Below the pieces are notes generated by a model, which was not told where the DNA came from, ran no database searches, and worked only from the letters and a program-made list of their open reading frames with translations. 64,000 nucleotides of DNA from an uncultured Thermococci archaeon (lineage in GTDB: Archaea; Methanobacteriota_B; Thermococci; Methanofastidiosales; B48-G16). Every line of letters starts with the position of its first letter. Position 1 is the first letter of the stretch. Below, piece by piece: positions 54,983 to 64,000 of this stretch. The stretch is from the NCBI GenBank assembly GCA_964595645.1, contig CAZQQT010000002.1, forward strand, positions 96,001 through 160,000, read 5' to 3'. The translations under genes and the position numbers were made by a program.

Positions 54983-56282
54983 AACAATGATATTTCTGTT
55001 AGTATGGGGAATTTTTATTTTCATTCCTATATTTGTGGACCTTACCGGGACACTCATTAAATTAATCACCATCACGTTCTGGCGGCAGAAGAATCCTCCT
55101 ATCCCGCAGGGAGAATACCCTACTGTGTCTGTGGTGATTCCTGCGTACAATGAGGAAAAAAGTATCGAACGATGTCTCACCTCGATAAAGAACCAGGACT
55201 ATCCACGGGACAAGTTGGAAGTCCTGATTATTGACGATGGATCTACAGATAAAACACGGGACGTGATCAACGGCTTTAAGCATGTGCAGCTGTATAAAAA
55301 CGGACATAATGGCAAGGCATTCGCCTTAAATACAGGAATCAATGAAGCGAGAGGAGATATTATCATTACCATGGATGCAGATACTATCATTGAGAGTACG
55401 ACAATACGAGAGATGGTCTACGAGTTCATGAGAGATGAGGAGCTCGCAGCGGCAAGTGGTAACATCACCATTGACTGGAAAGAAAAAGATCGTCCCCTAC
55501 GAGAGAAGTTCTTCATTAAATGTGAGTTTTTAGAGTACCTCAATGCCTTTCGTTTAGGGAGAGAGTATCAGAGCATCCTGGGCATACTCTACACGTTGTC
55601 GGGAGCCTTTTCCGCATTTCGATCGAAGTACCTCAAGAGAATACAATATGACGATCGTACACTCACGGAGGATTTTGATCTCTCCGTAACGCTCCATCGA
55701 GAAAAGGCGAAGATCAAATATGCGTCTCGGGCACTCGCCTATGTGGAGCCAAAGGTTTCCTGGGAGAAACTGTACAGTCAGCGGGTGCGCTGGAGAAGCG
55801 GCCAGATGGAGGTATGTTCGTTGAATAAAGATCTCGTAGGAAAACGAAAGTACGGAACATTCGGATCCCTCGGCCTCCCATTTTTACTGGTGACTGATCA
55901 TACACTCGCATTTCCAAGGATTATCTGGACATTCTTGGTGCCAATATTCCCCCTCTTCGGATATCCATACCGGTTCATTTTCTACGCCGTACTGCTGATG
56001 TATTTATTCTATGTCTTCCTGGATCTACTCCAGACATCTGTCGCATACCTTATCGTCAACGAGAGAATCAAACCGAAAATAGAACGTTCTTTCCTGTACT
56101 GTTTCCTCACGCCGTTTTACCGGATTATTGTGTTCTACTTCAAGATGTCGGCATATATCAATGTCTTGAAGAAAAAGGCGGAATGGAAGACGGAGAGTCC
56201 CAAAGTCGTATTCAAAAACGGTGTCAAAAAAGTTGCATTCCTGAACTCAGTCCTCTCAATCTTTAGAACAAAAGATCAATAA
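54975..56282 (+). CDS. GT2 processive glycosyltransferase, XrtG-associated type
   Basis: IPAYNEE, DDGSTD, GKA.ALN, DAD, LSGAF, TEDFD, QRVRW. Confidence 0.88.
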   Translation: MNETMIFLLVWGIFIFIPIFVDLTGTLIKLITITFWRQKNPPIPQGEYPTVSVVIPAYNEEKSIERCLTSIKNQDYPRDKLEVLIIDDGSTDKTRDVINGFKHVQLYKNGHNGKAFALNTGINEARGDIIITMDADTIIESTTIREMVYEFMRDEELAAASGNITIDWKEKDRPLREKFFIKCEFLEYLNAFRLGREYQSILGILYTLSGAFSAFRSKYLKRIQYDDRTLTEDFDLSVTLHREKAKIKYASRALAYVEPKVSWEKLYSQRVRWRSGQMEVCSLNKDLVGKRKYGTFGSLGLPFLLVTDHTLAFPRIIWTFLVPIFPLFGYPYRFIFYAVLLMYLFYVFLDLLQTSVAYLIVNERIKPKIERSFLYCFLTPFYRIIVFYFKMSAYINVLKKKAEWKTESPKVVFKNGVKKVAFLNSVLSIFRTKDQ

Positions 56283-56304
56283 ACTATCTCGGACGAAGAA
56301 CTTT

Positions 56305-58728
56305 ATGAAGCTGCCTTATGACCGCGTGAAGAATATAGCGCCACTCATTCTGATCTGGATTGTTCTCATCATTCTTTTTTCGAGAACATTCAATAATGGT
56401 GTACCCCCTGGTATCGATACGCTTGGACATCTTGCCAAGGTGCAGTATCTCGGCGAACATTTTAAAGAGACAGGCGAAATTGCTTCGTGGATGCCTCACT
56501 GGTACTGTGGATTTCCTGTGCTAAAATATTACCCTCCCCTCTGGTATATTATCGCGATACCTATTTTTTACACTCTCCGTGATGTGTTTCTCACCTATAA
56601 TTTTTTCGTGATATTGTGGGCAATTTTAGCAAGTTCAGTTGTTTTTTTTACTGTTAAAAGAAAATTAGATTTTTTATCTGCATTATTCTGCGCATTTTTC
56701 TTTGCTATAGCTCCCTTTACCATAAGAGAGCTTTTTTATATAGGAGGGATCCCACGGCTTTTCGCCATTTTGTTTTTTCCACTTTGTTTTTATTTTACAC
56801 AGGAACTTTTCAAAACAACAAATTTAAGAAGAGTAATCATTTTTCTATCGATTTCTTTTTTATTTTACATCCTCTTTCATGCCATGACTGCATTTTTCTC
56901 CATGACAACCCTCATGGTATATATCGGATTTAAATGCATACTTGAAAAAAAAGTATATCTAAAGCAGATCGGTTCATATCTTACTTCTGTTGGAATAAGT
57001 GTGATACTTTCTGCGTGGTGGCTTTTTCCTGCATATCTTGAGCGATTTGGAACCTTTTCCTCTGAAGAAGCAATTCAAACAACTTCAATTTATTTAAAAG
57101 AAATTTTAGGCATGAATTTCCATCTTTTTGGTGAAATAGGAAGTAGATACCTCGGAGTCTCCATTCTTCTTTTTGCATTGATTTCTCTCTACATATCAAC
57201 TAATAAAGAAAAAATGGCTATCTTTCTTACAGCTTTATATTGTGTTTTTTTCTCGTTAGGTACACGTACAGCATTTTATAATATTCCATTTTATTCTCAA
57301 CTATTTTTTCCCGAAAGAGCACTTAGCGATGCAACTTTTTTGCTGATATTTCTTTCCTCAACACTTTTCTTAGAAATCAAAAATATAAAAACCAAAAAAA
57401 GGTACATCATCGGAGGAGTTCTCATTGCCATATGCATATTAGATTTCTTTCCATCTTTTCAATTGAGCGATAGGTGGGAAGAGCCGGAAAATGTTATTAA
57501 CGCTACTAAAATGGCTAACATGGGGGGAAGAATTTCTTTAATATCACATAATGCTGCAAAAGCGTTCTATCCCGTTTTTTTAGATAGAAAAAGCGTTGAA
57601 GGTTATTATATCCAGGGTACACGCCATCATAAAGAACTTGCTGGTATCAATGATGCATTACAGTATAAATGGTATGATTATATACTTAAAAGGTACAATA
57701 AGTGGAACGTGCACTGTGTAGCAGTCTCACAACATAATGAATTTAGCAGCTTTCTGGAGAAAAATGGATTTTCAAAAACATCTTCAACTGACAATCTTGA
57801 TCTTTACTGCAGAAGCACCGGTTCATATGTGTATCCTCTTGAGAAGACTGCGATCGTTATCGGGAAATACAGTCAAACAGTATCAATGGTTTTTCCAGAG
57901 ATCGCGGAGGGATACTCCGAATATCTCGATGACTACGATATAGACTATCTAAAAAAATTCGATATGCTCATCCTTTCTGGATTCTCCTTCCACAAGAAAG
58001 AGAATGCAGAAGCAATGATTTCTGAGTTAGTTGCCGAGGATGTGAAAGTGATAATAGATCTACAGGGTGCAAATGTCAACTGGCAGGAGAGTTCACCTTC
58101 TTTTTTAGGCGTCAACGCCATGAGCATAGATGTGGAAGGAACTGTAGATCTCGAAACTGAAGAACTAGAAGATTTCATCTTCGAGCCGTTTTATTATAAA
58201 GGGGATGCATGGCGCTCTGTGGCATACCTTGGACTGGAGAATAGCATCCTAAACATTAAAAAAGAAAATGAATCATATACGATTCTTGGATATAACGTCA
58301 TCAATGGAAAAAAAGTCTATTATGTAGGACTTAACTTGTTTTACCACACGCTTCTCACTCACGATAAGGATGCAAAGAGAGTGTTAGAAACAATAGTACA
58401 GCCTCAGGAATCACATTCTACAAAAATAGAACTTAGAAATTTTGCAATGGGAAACGAATCTATCGAGTTTGAGTATCTATTAGGTGTACCCACATCTACT
58501 GTAGTAAGTGTCACATGGTCTCCGAACTGGAGAGCGTATGTGAATGGCGAAGAAATAAAAGTACAGAACTTTGAGAATCTCATTTTACTCAACTTGCCCG
58601 CAGGTGACCACAAGGTGACGATAGAACAGAGAAGGACAACTCTTGAAATATTCTCTTTTGTTATCACGATCTTAGCATTTTTATTTGTGTTCATTCTATT
58701 TTTGACTAGTGTGTATAAAAAATCATAA
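56305..58728 (+). CDS. 6-pyruvoyl-tetrahydropterin synthase-related / YfhO-like GT-C membrane protein
   Basis: GIDTLGHLAK, WMPHWYCGFP..YYPPL, many TM helices, C-terminal PNWRAYVNG. Confidence 0.8.
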   Translation: MKLPYDRVKNIAPLILIWIVLIILFSRTFNNGVPPGIDTLGHLAKVQYLGEHFKETGEIASWMPHWYCGFPVLKYYPPLWYIIAIPIFYTLRDVFLTYNFFVILWAILASSVVFFTVKRKLDFLSALFCAFFFAIAPFTIRELFYIGGIPRLFAILFFPLCFYFTQELFKTTNLRRVIIFLSISFLFYILFHAMTAFFSMTTLMVYIGFKCILEKKVYLKQIGSYLTSVGISVILSAWWLFPAYLERFGTFSSEEAIQTTSIYLKEILGMNFHLFGEIGSRYLGVSILLFALISLYISTNKEKMAIFLTALYCVFFSLGTRTAFYNIPFYSQLFFPERALSDATFLLIFLSSTLFLEIKNIKTKKRYIIGGVLIAICILDFFPSFQLSDRWEEPENVINATKMANMGGRISLISHNAAKAFYPVFLDRKSVEGYYIQGTRHHKELAGINDALQYKWYDYILKRYNKWNVHCVAVSQHNEFSSFLEKNGFSKTSSTDNLDLYCRSTGSYVYPLEKTAIVIGKYSQTVSMVFPEIAEGYSEYLDDYDIDYLKKFDMLILSGFSFHKKENAEAMISELVAEDVKVIIDLQGANVNWQESSPSFLGVNAMSIDVEGTVDLETEELEDFIFEPFYYKGDAWRSVAYLGLENSILNIKKENESYTILGYNVINGKKVYYVGLNLFYHTLLTHDKDAKRVLETIVQPQESHSTKIELRNFAMGNESIEFEYLLGVPTSTVVSVTWSPNWRAYVNGEEIKVQNFENLILLNLPAGDHKVTIEQRRTTLEIFSFVITILAFLFVFILFLTSVYKKS

Positions 58729-59640
58729 AATATTCCTTATTTCCTTGATACCTGCAATTTCAACTGTGTAAAGAACGATCCTGTCCATAATAGCAAAAGC
58801 AAAAGCTCTTTCTGCTTCGATTCCTAGTGCAATGAATACTGCAGATACCGCTGTTTCTACCACACCAAGTCCTCCCACTGTAATAGGGAGAAAGGATAAT
58901 GAGATCACCACCGGCTGCAAAAATATGTACAGAACGGGAGAGAGACTAAAAGAAAGTGCCTTTCCGATGAATATCCATCGTGCTGAAGTAAAAATCCAAG
59001 AAGCGAGAGTTAAAATTATAATGTCTTTTTCCAGTGTTTTTTTATGAACTTTTTGAAAGTCATCGATTGCTGCCATAAAAAAATCTTTTTTGAATGGGAT
59101 TAACCTTATAAAATACTTTATTTTCTTTGATCGTGAGAAAACAATCAAGGCGACAAATATAAACAGAGAGAAGATCAATGCAACTCTAAGTACACTCTGG
59201 AGCTCTGGGAGTTGTAATGAGAGTATGAAGTACAGTATCAGTACAATGGCCAAAGAAAACCGCAGTAGGAAATCCAATACCTGTGTTGCGACAATCACTG
59301 TCAATATTTTTCCCTTATGAGTTTTCTTTTCTTTATAAAGAGGTGCTGTAACAGAGAGATACCCAATTTTTCCTGGTGTTATCTCTGCGAGTAACATACC
59401 AAGCATATTTGCCCAAAATATTTTTGAAAACAAAAATTCTACATTTAAATCAGAAAAAATGAGCTTTAATCTCCAACTTACTGCACAAAGTCCCAAAAGA
59501 TAGAAAAGTAAAGCGGGAATAAGCCACTCATATGTCATATTCGCGAAAATATCGGCTAAGTTTCTATATTCAAGGTTGAGTACTACAAGAGAGAGTATTC
59601 CTATACCTATCAGTAGTTTTACAACGGATTTTATTTTCAC
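58723..59640 (-). CDS. Flippase-like (lysylphosphatidylglycerol synthase TM / UPF0104) protein
   Basis: WRLK, ITPGKIG, LPITVGGLGVVE, DR. Confidence 0.8.
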   Translation of the reverse strand: MKIKSVVKLLIGIGILSLVVLNLEYRNLADIFANMTYEWLIPALLFYLLGLCAVSWRLKLIFSDLNVEFLFSKIFWANMLGMLLAEITPGKIGYLSVTAPLYKEKKTHKGKILTVIVATQVLDFLLRFSLAIVLILYFILSLQLPELQSVLRVALIFSLFIFVALIVFSRSKKIKYFIRLIPFKKDFFMAAIDDFQKVHKKTLEKDIIILTLASWIFTSARWIFIGKALSFSLSPVLYIFLQPVVISLSFLPITVGGLGVVETAVSAVFIALGIEAERAFAFAIMDRIVLYTVEIAGIKEIRNIL

Positions 59641-60332
59641 TGCATCACTCTCAGTTTGAGTGCGAATACCAAATACGACATTAATGTTTTCAACGAGCCT
59701 CGAAACTTGGATTTTCCCATTTTTCTATTCTTCAACACTATAGGTATCTCAGCCATATTATCTCCCGGTATCTTCGCGACCATTTCTACCTGAATCATAA
59801 AATCATTTTTTTGGAGGGCGATCTGCCGCAAGGTCGTTGTATTTATCATACGGTATCCTGATGTAATATCATGAAGGGAAACATTGAGAATAACTCTCAT
59901 AAGTGCATTTCCTATCCTGCTGATAAGCTGTCTGAAGAGTGAAACGTTCTCCATACCCCCCCCAGGGATATACCGAGATCCTACAACAAAATCATGTTCT
60001 TCTATTTTTTCAAGAAAATTGGGGATATATACTGGGTCATGACTCATGTCGCCGTCCATGAAGAGTACAGTAGCATATTTTTCATTAGCGAATTTAATTC
60101 CTTCCTTTAATGCTCCACCAATTCCTTTATTTTTCTCATAAGAGACGATTTTTATATTCTGATATTTTTTCGATATTTTTTTTAATTCAGAGAGTGTTCC
60201 ATCAGTACTCCCATCGTTTATAGTTATAATATCAAATATTAGGTTATTGACATGAATAACTTTTTCTATATTTTCGACAAGTGGTTTTATATTATCTTCT
60301 TCATTGAAAAAAGGTATTATTATACAAAGCAA
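59637..60332 (-). CDS. GT2 polyprenol-phosphate glycosyltransferase (Dpm1-like)
   Basis: IPFFNEEDN, NDGSTDGT, MDGDMSHDP, VGSRY, DITSGYR, GKSK. Confidence 0.88.
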   Translation of the reverse strand: MLCIIIPFFNEEDNIKPLVENIEKVIHVNNLIFDIITINDGSTDGTLSELKKISKKYQNIKIVSYEKNKGIGGALKEGIKFANEKYATVLFMDGDMSHDPVYIPNFLEKIEEHDFVVGSRYIPGGGMENVSLFRQLISRIGNALMRVILNVSLHDITSGYRMINTTTLRQIALQKNDFMIQVEMVAKIPGDNMAEIPIVLKNRKMGKSKFRGSLKTLMSYLVFALKLRVMQ

Positions 60333-60460
60333 TCTATCATCTCTCTAAAAGAATAAATTTTTCATGTCCGTTTAGAATAGTACTTCTATTTATATTTTTC
60401 TGTCTACTAGAAAAAAAAAGGGAAAATAATTATTAACAGAAAGATTAAGCGATTTTCGAA

Positions 60461-61753
60461 TTATTTTAACCGCCGTGCAGCCATCTCGCAGGCAAGATAC
60501 ATCGGCTCGAACTCCGGTGACAGAGGAGGCGCGTAGCAATATTCTGTATTCGTGAGGTCGTGAACATCCATTCCATTCAGTATGGCGAGGCAGATAGCAT
60601 CCATTCGTCCGACGAGACCTTCACCAATCATCTGCGATCCGAGAACTTTTCCTTCTGTATCAGCGATAACCTTGACAATAATGTCTTCCCCCTCCATGTA
60701 CTCGGGTCGTGTCTCCCCTTTGTACCTCCCTTTTATAACTGCTATTCCTTCTGCCGCTGCTCTCGATTCTGTCAATCCTGTCGTTCCTATTTCAAGTCCG
60801 AACAACTTGGTGACAGCAGTGTTCAGCACAGGTCCAAATGTAGTATCTCTCCCAGCAATATTCTCAGCTACTATTTTCGCCTGTCGTACTGCCGTTGTTG
60901 CCAACTGGCTCATTATCGGTTTTTCCGTGATAAAATCTTCACACTCAACGCAATCCCCGCAGGCGTACACATCCTTTAGCGATGTTTCCATTCGTGCGTT
61001 GACCTGTATCCCCATATCTGTTTTTATGCCTGCCTTCTCAGCGAGAGCGATGTTTGCCCTGACACCGGCGGCAACGACCACGAGATCGCACGGAATTTTA
61101 CGTTCTTCGGTGTGCACCATCTCCCCGATGCGTTCGACCTTCTCATTGAGGTAGATAGTAAATCCATGGCGTTCCAAATGACGTTTTACACGGCGAGCCA
61201 TATCGTTATCGAGCATGACGGGCAGTACCCGATCGAGCATCTCCACCACGGTCACCTCGATATCGTGTTGCGCGAGTGCATCAGCCGTTTCCAGACCTAT
61301 TAGCCCTGCACCTATAATTACGGCTCTCTCTGCCCTTTGCATTTTTTTATGGATTTCCTTCGCGTCGTTCAGATCTTTGAATACAATAACCTTTTCAGCA
61401 TCGATGCCATCAATAGGGGGAGCAAAAGCGTAGCTTCCTGTTGCAAGGATTAATTTATCGTAATGCAGCTCTTCGTTGTCATAAATAATTTTTTTATTTT
61501 TAGCATCGATGTCTGTCACTTCTTTTCCCAAAACAAGATTGATTCCCATCTTCGTGTAGAATGATTCGTCCAACGTTTGGAGCGCGTCAAAGTCCTCCAC
61601 CTCCCCAGCGAGGACAAAGGGCATGCCGCAGGGGGAGTACTCTTTATATTCCTGTGCGTTTATAATCGTGATCTCAGCGTCTCGTTCTCTTTTCCGTATT
61701 TCTATGGCAGCACGAGTTCCTGCCGCTCCTCCACCTACTATAACGATATGCAT
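60461..61753 (-). CDS. CoA-disulfide reductase / NADH oxidase family flavoprotein
   Basis: GGGAAG, YSPCGMP, GAGLIGLE, YACGDC, YAPPLS. Confidence 0.9.
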   Translation of the reverse strand: MHIVIVGGGAAGTRAAIEIRKRERDAEITIINAQEYKEYSPCGMPFVLAGEVEDFDALQTLDESFYTKMGINLVLGKEVTDIDAKNKKIIYDNEELHYDKLILATGSYAFAPPIDGIDAEKVIVFKDLNDAKEIHKKMQRAERAVIIGAGLIGLETADALAQHDIEVTVVEMLDRVLPVMLDNDMARRVKRHLERHGFTIYLNEKVERIGEMVHTEERKIPCDLVVVAAGVRANIALAEKAGIKTDMGIQVNARMETSLKDVYACGDCVECEDFITEKPIMSQLATTAVRQAKIVAENIAGRDTTFGPVLNTAVTKLFGLEIGTTGLTESRAAAEGIAVIKGRYKGETRPEYMEGEDIIVKVIADTEGKVLGSQMIGEGLVGRMDAICLAILNGMDVHDLTNTEYCYAPPLSPEFEPMYLACEMAARRLK

Positions 61754-61788
61754 ACTCTGGAATCGGTAGGAATTTTAATAAACTTACC

Positions 61789-62043
61789 CTACATCGATCC
61801 AATCACAAGGCTCGTTTCCGTTCTTTTTATTCCTTCTATTTCCCTTATCTTAAGTACAAAATGATTTATATCTTCTATAGCGTCTGCAACTATTTTTATT
61901 ACTATATCAAACTCTCCATATGTCATGTATGCCTCTTCTACCTTACAAGACATAAATTTAAGATTCTCTAGTTTCTTTTTCACGTCATTTTCTTTTCCGG
62001 GTTCTACAACCATCTGAATAAAGGCAATTGCCATATATATCAT
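61789..62043 (-). CDS. Stand-alone Lrp/AsnC ligand-binding (RAM) domain protein
   Basis: TYGEFDIVIK, IREIEGIKRTETSL. Confidence 0.88.
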   Translation of the reverse strand: MIYMAIAFIQMVVEPGKENDVKKKLENLKFMSCKVEEAYMTYGEFDIVIKIVADAIEDINHFVLKIREIEGIKRTETSLVIGSM

Positions 62044-62391
62044 CTCCTTTGCATTAACTGTGTACTGTGATCTTTTTCCTATTTATATTTTTGGTCACTC
62101 CCATACAATATCAGAAGATATACGACATAACTATTCTAAGCTCTATATCAGTGAAACAGCAACTTATATAGTTTTTTAAAGTAAAATAGCTACATAAAAC
62201 GATTTCTTTACATCTCTTTCATCATTGTATTTTTTGTTGTGGGAACAGTACAGGTATCGCTCTTATAAGGGTTCCTCCTACACCCAGAATCGGGGTGACC
62301 GTGATATTTGCCCTTCTCCATCTTCTTTTGAGTATTGTGCCGTACAGTACAACACAAAAGGAAGAGAAAGGACGGAAAGAGAAAGTAAAAC

Positions 62392-63141
62392 TCATACTTT
62401 ACGGTGCTCTCGGCTATCTTTTCTGGATGGAAGTACTCTCAAAAGGTCTCCAAGTCCCTGGATCGGTTGGGAGTATCCGAGAGTTTGTAAGGTAGCCCAT
62501 AGTGATGCCTGGTTGCTGGTGACCACTGGGACGGCAATCTCTCCTTCCAATAATTCAATAGTCTCAAAGGTTCGCAAATTAGTACAGCTGATAAATAGTG
62601 CATCCGCTTTCTCCATAATCTCATTTTTTGCTATTTTGTAAACATATTCCGGCCTCTGTTTTCCGATTACTATATTATCAACAATTCCCATCCCCCACGC
62701 TTTTAGAACGTCTATTCCATCAGATTCCAAGAATATTTTTTCCTTTTGAGTTATTTTATCAATATAAGGGGTAATGAGAACGATTTTTTGGGCATTCAAT
62801 ACCTTTAAAGCGTTAACAACAGCTGAGATAGTTGTAATAATAGGAATACCCACCTTTTGTGCCAACCTCCTTTCAATTTTCTTTGCATACGCTGTACCTT
62901 CAATAAAGCTACCGCTGGTGCATCCATAGAGAACTATATCCACCTGGGCATCTTTTAAAAGTATCGCAGCGTCATAGGCCGCTGCATGCATCGTGTGGAG
63001 AGTCTCATGCGTGACCGCTGTCAACGGCATTCGTGACGTATGAAGAGAGATCCCGTGAGGCAATACCTTATGGAACTCCATCTCCATTGTGGTGTTAGAT
63101 GAGGGAAGTACAAGTCCAATTCTGCCATTTTCCCCATACAT
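62392..63141 (-). CDS. Maleate cis-trans isomerase / Asp-Glu racemase family (start moved to ATG 63141)
   Basis: RIGLVLPSSNTTME, YGCTSGS, TPY, ISCTNL, TSNQA. Confidence 0.88.
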   Translation of the reverse strand: MYGENGRIGLVLPSSNTTMEMEFHKVLPHGISLHTSRMPLTAVTHETLHTMHAAAYDAAILLKDAQVDIVLYGCTSGSFIEGTAYAKKIERRLAQKVGIPIITTISAVVNALKVLNAQKIVLITPYIDKITQKEKIFLESDGIDVLKAWGMGIVDNIVIGKQRPEYVYKIAKNEIMEKADALFISCTNLRTFETIELLEGEIAVPVVTSNQASLWATLQTLGYSQPIQGLGDLLRVLPSRKDSREHRKV

Positions 63142-63286
63142 GTATTTACTCTTTCTCTGGAGGTAAAAAAAGATTTCTCTCACGAAAAATAAGATCCAAA
63201 AAAATATGTGGATTAAATTTTTTTCTATTATTCATTTAACAATGCTTTCCACAAGTTTAATATAGACTTTTCCCTCATGAATAGTA

Positions 63287-64000
63287 ATGATCGTCAAAAC
63301 AAAGAAATACAAACTCCCTTTTTCCAGGGGGATCCTGGCGCGATCGCTGACACGGGCAGGAATTGAGATCGGTGAGGCATATCAGATCGCAAGGGAAATA
63401 AAGGAGAATCTTAAGAAGAAAAAAACAGAAGAGATACTCTCAGAAGATTTAATGGAGATCACCCATGATTTTTTGATAGATAAAAGCTATCAAAAGGAAG
63501 CAAAAAACTATCTTGTTTGGAGAAAATTTAGAAAACTTGGTATACCGATAATCATACTGATCGGAGGTGGCACGGGCATCGGAAAATCTACCATCGCGTT
63601 TGATCTTGGGTACAGACTCGGCATACGATCGATCATCGGTACAGATACTGTGAGGGAAGTGATGAGAGATATCATTTCATTGGATCTTCTTCCGGCGCTT
63701 CACACCTCTTCTTTTAGAGCACATGAAAAAATAGAGTCTCCAAGTTCATATATTAATAAGACAATATACGCGTTTGAGATGCAGGTAAACTATGTGAGCG
63801 TGGGAACCGAAGCAGTCATCTCTCGGGCGGCACATGAGGGATTCAATCTCCTCATTGATGGGATACATCTGGTGCCTGGTTACATTGACATTGAGAAAGA
63901 AAATTCAAAGATATTCCATTTTGTGCTTTATTTAGACGATAAAGAAGAGTATATAAACAGATTTCATGCGAGATCCTACGGAAGTAAACGAGAAGCAGAG
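63287..64000 (+). CDS. pgk2: 2-phosphoglycerate kinase, 3'-partial (not in ORF track)
   Basis: MIVKTKKYKLPFSRGILARSLT (ATP cone), ILIGGGTGIGKSTIA, IGTDTVREVMR, LHTSSF. Confidence 0.9.
   Translation, partial: MIVKTKKYKLPFSRGILARSLTRAGIEIGEAYQIAREIKENLKKKKTEEILSEDLMEITHDFLIDKSYQKEAKNYLVWRKFRKLGIPIIILIGGGTGIGKSTIAFDLGYRLGIRSIIGTDTVREVMRDIISLDLLPALHTSSFRAHEKIESPSSYINKTIYAFEMQVNYVSVGTEAVISRAAHEGFNLLIDGIHLVPGYIDIEKENSKIFHFVLYLDDKEEYINRFHARSYGSKREAE

Noticed and set aside
62225-62495. Plus-strand hydrophobic fragments (IFALLH...GALGYLFW), possibly a CAAX-protease remnant
   Set aside because: Interrupted, short and overlapping the isomerase gene; family unsupported

Overview
Archaeal chromosomal segment (TFB, Gar1, Trm1, AglB, FEN-1, Rpo6, S-layer proteins, a tungsten AOR-family enzyme, 2-phosphoglycerate kinase, and a 16S-tRNA(Ala)-23S operon with bulge-helix-bulge stems). 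Gene content suggests a euryarchaeote near Thermococci/Methanofastidiosa/Theionarchaea (inference only). It carries a ~15 kb minus-strand supercluster for aromatic amino acid synthesis: trpEGDCFBA, pheA-tyrA and aroF-B-D-E-K-A-C. The main finding is that each of the three sub-operons begins with a short ORF absent from the supplied track. Two are clear paralogues sharing C-x-D-[SC]-G-G-x-D-Y-[DE]-F-x-[WF]-x-S-F. Their aromatic residues match the operon they head: Tyr/Phe/Trp before aro, Tyr/Phe only before pheA-tyrA. Trp-containing uORFs and TrpY-type boxes precede trpE. Together these point to a leader-peptide attenuation system in an archaeon. Other notable items: an XrtG-type exosortase/glycosylation cassette with a novel Cys-rich target, a promoter-driven tiny hairpin RNA with an anti-SD loop, a LysW-like mini-protein ending in Gly, and a radical SAM/ABC-ATPase chimera joined at a shared GAGK. 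All calls come from reading the sequence by eye; no searches or folding programs were run.
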